DNA of 64,000 bases from Hydrolagus affinis (lineage: Eukaryota): positions 1 to 64,000 of the forward strand of contig JAAILG010000001.1 of NCBI GenBank assembly GCA_012026655.1. Direction: 5' to 3'. Below are positions 1-10,000 of this stretch, one piece after another (the stretch's first letter is position 1; the number at the start of each line of letters is the position of its first letter). The translations under genes were made by a program, and so were the position numbers. Below the pieces are notes generated by a model that saw only the letters and a program-made list of their open reading frames with translations, searched no databases and was not told where the DNA came from.

Positions 1-163
1 GTGCCTTCTGTTCCACCCCGAATTCTTCGACCTCCCCTTCGTGTTTCACCCCTTCCCGAACACTCCCCTCCCAGCTCGGGTCACACTCCCCCTGTGCAGC
101 GCCTTGGGACGTCCTCCCGACGTGAAAGGCGCTCTATAAATGTAATTTGTTGTTGTTGTTGTT
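1..163 (+). mobile_element. L2-type LINE 3' end with (TTG)n tail
   Basis: GCAGCGCCTTGGGACGTCCTCCCGACGTGAAAGGCGCTCTATAAATGTAATTTGTTGTTG; the same tail recurs at about 6800, 9890, 14000, 33570 and 50400. Confidence 0.75.
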
Positions 164-172
164 TAGAAGATG

Positions 173-270
173 TAATAATAATAATCCTTGCATTTGATAT
201 AGCGCCTTTCATGTCAAGACGTCTCAAAGTGCTTCACAGAATATACTGTAAAGCGAACTGACTGTACATT
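173..270 (-). mobile_element. SINE 3' tail fragment
   Basis: Reverse of the SINE tail ...GAAGCACTTTGAGACGTC...ATATCAAATGCAAGGATTATTATT. Confidence 0.75.
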
Positions 271-456
271 TAAGGCGCGATTATTATAATGGTCAATGTT
301 TATTATAATCATTATTATTATTTTAATGCCATTACACATGTGAAGGGAATAATAATTATTATAATAAATTCACTCCGCTCAGCTGCTCAGGTGTTATAAT
401 AATTATAACTCCCTCCCTCCATTATTATTATTATAATTGAGGAGACCTGCAGTCGT

Positions 457-768
457 GGAGTCCTTAGCTCAGTGGTTAGAGCACTTGCCTTACAAGCGAG
501 AGACCTGGGTTCGATTCCAGACAGGTCAGGGCGAAACCTTGGGCAAGTTTTCATTACTCCACACGCCTGATAATAATAATCCCTAAAAAAAAACTATTAG
601 TAAATTGGTGACTTCAATCCACGACTGTTTGTGGGACACTGCTGTGCGCAATTGGCTGCCACGTTTCAACCACAAAAATAGTCAATTCACTTTACAGTAA
701 ATTTTGTGATGCGCTTTGGGACGTCTAGAAGACTGAAAAGCTGCTATATCAAATGCAAGTATTATAAT
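457..768 (+). mobile_element. Full-length tRNA-derived SINE with L2-like tail
   Basis: A box TAGCTCAGTGG, B box GGTTCGATTCC, body and (ATT)n tail shared with copies at 11871, 24668, 39500 and 48165. Confidence 0.85.
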
Positions 769-819
769 AAAATTAAATGGTGGTTCTCTCCTAATTCGAC
801 TCGTGCAACAGGCCCCACC

Positions 820-960
820 TCGCCGCTGACGTCACCACTGGATCGCAGCCAATCGGGATCCTGCCTTTAAAGGCGCCAAACCCGTTTGAACATTTGAAAT
901 GAAACCGTTTTCATTCGAACGAGGCGCCGATTGGCGCGCGGGCTGAGGCATTGGGTTGTA
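820..960 (+). promoter_or_regulatory. Distal cell-cycle promoter module of MKI67
   Basis: CpG-rich. CRE TGACGTCA 827-834, CCAAT 849-853, E2F-like GGCGCCAAA 872-880, CHR TTTGAA 885 and 893, TTCGAA 914, ATTGG 930 and 950, TTGGCGCG 931. Confidence 0.7.
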
Positions 961-1117
961 TTACCACCCCCACAACCGGAATCATTTTTTTTCTCTCGAA
1001 ACGTTTCATTTGGTAGGGACTTTATATGTAATAATAGTCCTTTAAAAAATATAGTCACAAAATAAAAATATGAGGTTTGGGGAATGCAGTGAGGTATGTA
1101 GGGTACGTGGATGGCTG

Positions 1118-1308
1118 TCTCATTCATTCACTCACTCACTGGCTCCATCCCCTACTCACTGGCTCCCTCCCTCCTTCCTTCTCTCAATGGCTCCCTTCCA
1201 CTTTCCCTCCCTCACTGGTTCCCTACTTACTTCCCTCCCTCCCTCCCTCCCTCACTGGTTCCCTACTTCCTTCCCTCCCTCCCTCACTGGTTCCCTGACC
1301 CTCTTCCC
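1118..1308. repeat. Pyrimidine-rich minisatellite (CTCACTGGYTCCCT / CCCT units)
   Basis: Several CTCACTGG(C/T)TCC units separated by CCCT/CTTC runs. Confidence 0.8.
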
Positions 1309-1321
1309 AGCTATAGTGAGG

Positions 1322-1510
1322 ATGAGCGCGCGCAGGTTTGACAGTTGGTCCCCGGTGGGCGGGTAGTACTAGATGGGGCGCGCCTGCGCATTAGTGAGTG
1401 ACTGACTGATTGGGTCTCTGCGCCGCGCGCCTTGTCTCTTCCATTTGAACACCAACGGTTAGTCAATCCCCAAATGGAGCCGAATCAAGTTTAAGAAGAT
1501 TTTGCAAGGC
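1322..1510 (+). promoter_or_regulatory. Proximal cell-cycle promoter module and probable non-coding exon 1
   Basis: CpG-rich. GC box GGGCGG 1357, MYB-like CAGTTG 1342 and CAACGG 1453, ATTGG 1409, CHR TTTGAA 1444. Possible GC donor CAAG|GCAAG at 1508/1509. Confidence 0.65.
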
Positions 1511-3937
1511 AAGAGATTTTCTTCTTATTCATTTTATTTTATAGCATATATATATCAAAACGAAAAAGTACCGGGGTTTTGGTATGAAAGGCTCGTTGGT
1601 AGATTTACAATCGCCAGATGGAACGAAGGCGGCGGGGGTTTCGTAAACTTTAAACTGCCAAGTGTGTGTGATGGGGAAGAGAGTGAGAGAGAAATATCCC
1701 GCCAATTCTTTGCTGCGAGTTTTCCGCCTTTTAGTTTTTTTTTGTCTATTTTCTTACACTTTTTTTTGTCGGGGGGTGGGGGATTTCTTTTCAAGAATTT
1801 TTTTCGTATATTATATATATATTTTTTATATAAAAAAATCTATTTTGTTTGTTTCTTTTGGGAATGCCTTACTTAAAGCGCGTGAATTTGAGGGGAACGG
1901 TGTGGAGGCAGCAGGCTTGAAAGTCGATTGAATTTTTGTTATCGTATTTTAATTTTATTTTGAGAAGTGTGATGTCCACGGGTTGATCTTTTCACGTCTT
2001 TATTTTTTTTTGGAAAGGAGGAGACTGGGTGGAGGGGTGGGCGGAAAGAGCATGCAATTGATCAGTTTTTAAAGGATGGCGATTTCAGAAAAACATCTGC
2101 TTTTGTTTTGTACATAGTCCACCTTCCTGCCATGAGTTGTCTTTGACTTGCTCTGAACTGTCTGTCCTTTTGGCTCTTAAGTTATTTGTTGCACTTCTCT
2201 CTTCCCCCCCCTCCCCCAAACGTCCTCCACGTTTTCTCATTGCAACGCTGCAGTTTACCTGTTTTTTTTGATGGCACTTTCCTTAAACATTTCAAGATGT
2301 CAGTTAGTAGCGTGAGCTCCTTAACTTAAAGGACCCTCCGACAGTATTTGACAAGTATTTGACATGTTTACGTTGGGTGTTCGCCATATTTCGATGGGTA
2401 ATTTAAATCCGATTTGTTTTTAATTGTTAAAGGGCTCCAGGGTGTAACAGGTTTAGCCGCACAGTACTTGACGTTTGTAAGAATTATTTCTATTTATAAT
2501 CATACCATTCACGTTTACATGTCCCATGGGTTCGATGATGAACTCGTGTTAAAGAACAAGAGCAATCGGATACAAACTATTAAGTGCATTTTCCAGTGGC
2601 CAAGATGACAGCACCTGACAATACAGTATTTATATCTCGGTTTTAAATGGGCAAAATGCACAGCAGTTGATTTTCAGCAAGTGCCTGGGCTTTCTGAAGG
2701 CTTCCGCTACCTAATATCAACGGAGACGTATCTTGTTTCTAGTTGGGTGCAAATGTCGGTGCTCCAGGAAGAAGCTCTTCAGCTAAGAATTGTTCAGTGT
2801 TTTAAGTCTACACAGATAGCTGGATGGGGGAAATTAGTAACGTTACATTTGATAAAGTGTATTTCACCTTGGGAGGTCCTCTCAAAGAGTTTTACTGTAA
2901 AGTGTAATGACCTGGGACAGTAACCCACTCCACACAGTCTTATTTAATTTTTCATTGAAGTATGTGCAACAATTTAATTTAACTTAAGGTAAAGTTGATT
3001 TCTTCCTCTTATGTTCCATACCATACAGTATATCAAGTTAATTTCTACTCCCTCCAAAGTATTCCAAGTTTACCAATTTCCAAAATATAGCTGGACTTTT
3101 CACTGTATAATTAGTGAGGATCAGTGCTTTTGTTACTGTTACTAATGAATTTGCCACCTGCATTTTCCAACTATCATTGCTTGAACTGTTATTAAGTGTC
3201 AGGGATTTGCTATTCTGATGTTCAGAACCTTTAAAGCTCACTATAGGGAATGTTTTCATGTTTTATGTGGAATTTTGTTTGATTGAGCCTTAATTTTTAA
3301 TCATTTACTTCTGAGAGTGAGCCATCTCTCAATCTGATTAATTAGGATTAATTTGCAAGACATCTGAGTTAATTATCCATTCACTGTGTGTTTATTTTAT
3401 AACTTGCAATATGTATTCAGATTCATTACATCTGCACTTATTGCTGTTGACGTTTTGTACAAGAAAGTTTTTTTAATCTTAAGATATATGAGAAAGATGT
3501 CTGTTTCATCGTACAGAATTGGACTGTTGTAGCCCTTGGATTTGGCAGGCATCGGAGGGGGAAAAATTCATAGGAAAACTAGTGTATTTTTACATGGGTA
3601 AATTTAAGTTGCATCTTTTAACACTGCAGCATTTTTTCTGAAGAGGTAAATACATTTTGCTACATGCTTTTGAAGTGATGCATTAGATAACTCATCAGTT
3701 CATATCATATGAATGTTATAGAATTGTAGCCAAAGATAATACCTGAAGTAATTGAATTGGCTCCCAAAATAGAATATCTAAGAAGTTGTGTGTTTAAATT
3801 CTATTTTAATATTCAGATTAGGATAAATGTATTTAGATCCCTTTAAGAGTGTTACAAATGTTGCATTGTACTGCTTTTAATATGAAAATACTTGATTTAT
3901 TTTAGGTAAGAAAACATTGTGAAAATATTCAGAAAAC

Positions 3938-4029
3938 ATGCCGCAGTATGGTCAAGTTATTGTTATAAAGCGTACTGGAGCAGATGGGTACCATTTTCCT
4001 TTGACAGCACCTTCCTGCTTGTTTGGCAG
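3938..4029 (+). CDS. MKI67: MKI67 coding exon 1 (start codon; FHA N-term MPQYGQVIVIKRTGADGYHFPLTAPSCLFGR)
   Basis: ATG at 3938, donor GTAATA at 4030. Resembles human Ki-67 MWPTRRLVTIKRSGVDGPHFPLSLSTCLFGR. Confidence 0.95.
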
Positions 4030-7000
4030 GTAATAGTCAGCTGTGTTTACAAGCAATATTTTGTCTTACAAGTTAATTTAAGAGTTTGTGTGTCATGTTA
4101 ATCATTTGTGCTTTTATTTTTTAGGAAAATAGACTGTGACATCCGTATCCAACTGCCTCATGTTTCTAAAGAACACTGTAAGCTTGAAGTAAATGAAAAT
4201 AACGAGGTAACTTTTTTGGTATAATGATTTTGTTTACAGAATAATGGAAGGATACAAACAAAACTTGTTTGGTAATCTTCACTTTGCTTTGGTTAATTCT
4301 GCAGGTTATTCTATCTAACTTGAGTGACGTGAATCCGACTTCTTTGAATGGTAAAGTTATACTTCATTCTGAGCGTCTAAAGCATGGCGATGTATTCACT
4401 ATCATTGATCGCTCTTTCAGGTAAATGTGGAACATTTATATAAAACAACATGGAATTTTTTAGTTACAATACAATTTATATTTCTATAACTTTTTATATT
4501 GGCTGCAGTGATGAAGTACTGCATGTGCAATTACTGGCTGCATTGAACTACGCATATGCAGTGTAGTTTATAAAATCGGATTTTATCCTATGTATATAAG
4601 TTTGCCTGTAACTCGGACTTTGCGTAAGTTGTGTGAGTTTTACTGTTGTGCTTTATCACTTTGAAATGACTTGAAGCACATCACAATTATTACTGTAAAG
4701 TGTAGTAAACAAATTATTACAGCTTTTCTGAGTTTACAATATACAGGCACACTATCTATTTGGAGCATTTAGTGGACATTTCACAATTTAATTTTTTTTT
4801 CCTTTATGGTAGATTTGAATACCCCTTGGATTCGGGGCATTTCACCGACACAAGAATAAAGCGCAATTCATCAAGTCTGAAAAATGAAACTCTACAGGTA
4901 CTATATTTAAATTTGTATTGGCAATAATAATGTTTTCCTCATCTACTGGGTTAAAGCATCAATAAGTATTTTTGTGGCAGGCATGAGTTATGTTGTCTAT
5001 TAGATATGCTACCTAAATGTTAGATTGAAATAAAATACTGATCCTTACACTTGATATAATGTCTGATTAAGTCTGAATTGTCAAAGTGTGTTGAATTTAC
5101 CTATGTGTTTCAAATTGCCATTACCCACATCTTATTCAGGTAGAGTAGGGTCGTCCAACCTTTTTGCTGTTGAGGGCTAGTTGCCAGATTTGAGAAACAT
5201 CCATGGACCACATAAACAATAGTTTTTGTGTTTCCTCTCCAGAAACAATCTAAGAATTATATAGCAATGTTTTAAATTGTGTAACCGCACTACTTAATTT
5301 TACTATTTTAGTTGCATTGCAAAGTTTTGAATAGACAAATGAAAATTCATACAAATTTTAAAACAATAATACGCTTATGTACGTATACGCCAGAATAATC
5401 ATTAATTCCAGCTAAACCATGAAAGTAAAAGAAAATGCACATAATTTAATAGCCCTAACAATGAGCAAAATAATGATAATATCAATTGGAAATAATAACA
5501 CATCAAGTTAATTTTGGTGTATTTAAATCAAAACCTATGATATAACTCATCACATGGATGCCCCTACAGAGATTACTCAACAAAACTAAAACAGATTAAT
5601 CCATTCTTGTAAAACTAACAAAGGGGCAAAGTAATGATGCACTGAATATAGAAAGACTTTTTTTTAACAAAAATCAAGAGTAAACAAAACTGAGTTTGAA
5701 GTAGAGTGTATGTAAATTGGACATACTGTAATCAGAATCTTCTACTTGGCGAATATTTCCTGGACACTTAGAGACACATGAGAAAATTATTCCCAAAACT
5801 TTTTGAGCATAGTGATAAGTCTGAATCACCTCCTGTGACTGGCCTCTGGTTGGCTAGTCCTGTATTCAGGCAGGGAATTAAATCACCCTCAGGCTGGATA
5901 CCGGTCGCCATTTGGACCACCTTGTTGTAGAGCATATTTTACCATTAAAATTTCGTAAAGAACCCTCTGAAGGTGTAAACTTTTCGTAGCACATTACTGT
6001 AATCCTCTCAGTCCTAGTTTGGATATGAATTTTCAAAAATGAATAAACTGTTTCTCAGTTAACATGGTAATGTTTGAATTAACAGGTTCTTCATGTTCAA
6101 CAGGGAGGAGAGCATGGTGTGCAGCCTGCAAAGAATCGTTATTCTATAAGTGGACAAACTTCTGGTTGGTTGTGTTTTTTGTTTTGGGAAACGTACAGTA
6201 CTAATCAAAGATTTTCATCAGTAGTGGTAACCATAAACTTAAATATTGTGAGTCCTCTCTTTCCTAAAGCGTACTGGATTCTCAGACTGTTAAACCATAC
6301 ATCATGTTGCTGCAAGGATCCATCCTTGGCCCCCTTTCTCATTTACATACTTCCTAGTGATGTCATCTGTAGACACGGGGTTAACTTCCACATGTATGTG
6401 GAATGACAGCCAACTCTACCTTTCCACCTCCAGGAGTGACTTCCAATCCCCTAATGTTCTGTCAGCTTGCGCAACTTTGACTCTCACCTCCTCTCTCCAC
6501 CTAGCAGTACCCGCTCCCTCCGCTCTACTGAGTCAGGCCTCGTCCTTGTCCCCTAAAACCTCTGCTCCACCATCGGTGGCCGTGCTTTCAGCCACCACTC
6601 CCCAAAACTTTGGAACTCGCTCCCTCAACCCCTTCGTCTGCACCCCCTCCTTTCCCATCTTCAGGTCACACCTGAAGATTCTTCTCTTCAATCATGTTTA
6701 TGGTCACCTTCCCACTCCTCACTGGCTTGGCCTCGGGCTCCGCCACTTTGAAGCGCTCTGAGAAGTTACCCAGTGTGGAAAGCGCTATATAAATGTAAGT
6801 TGTTCCTCAATTACTGATTACAGCATAAAGTGGCAGCGTGGATTTTGTGACACTATTTTGCAATCTCACATATGCTGATCAATCATATTGATTTTCAAAG
6901 TATTACCAAAATTTTGCACAGTGTACATTAAGCAAGGAGTAGGAAGAATGCTTTAAATTGGCAGAAGGTCATGGTTGTGAAGAAGGGCTCATTGTGCAGT

Positions 7001-10000
7001 TTTCAGTTATCACTAGTTTGTTACAGGATTTAATTCATACAACCAATAATTATTCCTTTTTATATAGTGCCTTGTCACGTTGTCGAGATGTCTCACAGGA
7101 TATACTGCAAAGTGCATTTGAATTGATTCAGTAATTAAAAAGATATGTGTAATTGTGGATTATCGTCCCTTTTCTTAAAAATAAAAAGCTTGCATTTTGT
7201 GGTTTTCTTTAGATTCGGTGTGTGTGGATAGAGTCTTCAATGAGCCAATTAAACCTACAAAAGCTAAATCAGATAACTGGGAAGATGAAGCTCCAAAGAA
7301 GCAGCAAGGATGGAGCTCCGCAGATATCAAAGATGATCGACCAGCAGATAAGGAAGTCTCTCCTTTTTCTCATCTTTATGAAATGTGCAAGAACCAAGCT
7401 CTACACATGCATCAGAAAAAAACAAACCAAGCAAATATTGAATTGTCAACCCCCAAAAACACCAAGACAACAGAGAAACTTCTTGTATTGCCATCAGAAG
7501 AATCTAAAACCAATATTTTTCAAGGCAGAAAGAGTTCGAGGACACCATTAAGATCAAAGAGTATGGGCCAGGCTCCAGTGGAAGAAAGTAAACTGCCAAA
7601 AGAAGATGATTCTGATAAGGAAGTAATGAAGAATTTAGAGGCTTCATTAGTTCAGGATATTCCAAGTAAAGGTTTAGGAAAAACAGCTATTAATAAAAAT
7701 ACAACCCAAAAAAGGTGCAATTCTGTGGGATTAGGAGGATTTACAGAAAATCTCTCTTCAGAAAAAAACATTGTGTTGCTTGAATCTTCAAATGCAGGTG
7801 ATGTTCATGATAAAGCACAAAATGACCACCAAATCAATAAAGATACACCAAAATCTAAGAGAAAGAGTCATCTATTTACTATTCGAAAATCCTTAAATGC
7901 TGATGAAGTCCTGAAGGAAATTCATGATGGACTTGAGTCTTCAATGGGAAAAGAGCAAAGTATTGTTGAGGAAGGGAAATTAGCTGAAAATGATAATACA
8001 TCAGTTCATGTTGCAGAGAAAAAAATATCTGAAACACCCAAGCGGTGTGGCAGACCATCGTTGCGATTCAGTCAAATAAAGGTTACAGAAATGCAAACAG
8101 ATCAACCTCAGTTTGAAACTTCAGAGCCAATAACAGGTGTAAAATCACCTGCAGGTGCAAAAGGAAAAGGGAATTTTTTCTCTTCGCCACCTCTGCTGAA
8201 TGGAAAAGGAGAAGATGGTGCCCCTGAAAACATGATTGAAGTTGAGAGCTTAAAGAAAATGAGTCGGCGATCTAAAAACCCACATAAATTCTTGACTAAT
8301 GAAGAGACTGAAGAAGTACCGTTCTTTGGGAAACAAATGAATAAGTCTTTGGTTGGTGTAGAACCTGATGATTCTTTGACCAGTAATAAACTATCACCTT
8401 CGCTCCAAGGTAAGGTCAAGTTCTTTGGGAACTAGAGATCACAGTATGGTTGATATGGAGCAAACTGATGCAGGATATCCTTGAAGCTGAGCTGGCTCCA
8501 AAGTGTATGGCAATGGAATGTCCAAATTAAGCCAACCTTCTGCGGTAGTCTTGTTAGTCCAGTTCCTGAGCCAGGCTGGCTCGTTGGCAGGACTTGGAAG
8601 GTCAGACTTGTCACTGGGGGCAGAGGATTCTTCCCACTCTGTTAACCCTGCAAGTGAAAACCCCAATCAGTAGGGTGGTCTTAACTGAAAGTTTGCCAGA
8701 TCTTGCTGGCAAACTAAGTGGTTTTGGCTGGTTAAACTCTACTATTACCCAAATGTACATTCTTAAGGTATCCAAAGCTTGAACTCTTACCATCCTGCGT
8801 CTAAACTTTCTGAAATTAGGTAAACAGGATGTGTCCCTCCAGGAAGAGAGTGCACATTCTATTCCATTAAATATCTGGAAGTTGAGCTTTTCATTTGGAA
8901 TTTCTATGTATCTGGGATACATGGAACTTATTTGGTTTGGATACTCTAGCACAAAGATGGGTTTCTGCATGTGAAAAAACATTGTTTCAGTAAATTCACT
9001 CTAAAATAATTTTTTCTTTTAAGTTTTATTAACTCAATTGTTTAAATTTAATTACCGTACGGCCATACTCTTGTATTGTGAATCAAATTGTATTATTTAA
9101 TTATTTCCTGTTAGGTGCGGTATCGGGTTCATCCAGAAAACGCAGAAGTGAAAACCTAGAAAAAAAGGTCTATGAACCAGCTTCTAAGCAAAAGCGAGTT
9201 TCTTTTGGTATAAACCTGTGTCCTGAAGTATTTGACAAACACATGCCACCAAATTCTCCACTTCGAAAAGGAGGCACTCCAAGAAGATTCGGCACTCCAT
9301 TTAGAGTTTCTGCAAAAATAGCATTGAAGCATGCTTTGAATATCGGACTACAATATTGTGAGGTTAGTATGCATGTCAGTCAAACTTTGGCACCCCATGG
9401 TATAATAATGAATAGCTATCATGCAACAACTAACTAGCATGATAAAGTGCTGTATCAAATGCAAGGATTATTATTATTGTAAGTAGTATATCTGAGCCTT
9501 TATAGGGTTGCCAGTTTTACCTTTAGCAGTAAATTACTAAATATATGGTGTTATCTACTGTGACAAATTTCTGTTGTGGATGCCACATGGTAATGTTTGC
9601 ATAGCACCATCCTATGGTTCGAATTGGATACTACAATATAAAATCAATAATATGGTTTGCTAACAGTGTCACCTGGTGGAAACAATCCAATACTGCGGAT
9701 TGTTTTGGAAGTGGAAGCCCGTTCCATAGCATCCTTCCAGAATACTCTCGCTAATGTCCTTCCATCAATGCATAAAGTTAGACTTTGAATGTGTCCATCT
9801 TTCTGTTGACCTGTTCCAATTGTTAATTACCCACTGATAAAATAAGCACTTCCTAGTGTTCATTCTGAAATTGCCTTTTGCAACTCTACAACAACAACAA
9901 AATTGCACTTATATAGCACTTTTCACATCAGGAGGATGTGCCAAAGCGCTGAACAGTTAGGTCAGGACCCAAGCGGGTCGGGGTAGGGGGAAGGAGATGG

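Noticed and set aside
457-525. tRNA-like sequence with A and B boxes
   Set aside because: It continues into a SINE body and tail repeated many times in the window, so it is a SINE head and not a tRNA gene.
1070-1366. Three overlapping Pro/Ser/Leu-rich ORFs
   Set aside because: Artefacts of the pyrimidine minisatellite in the promoter.
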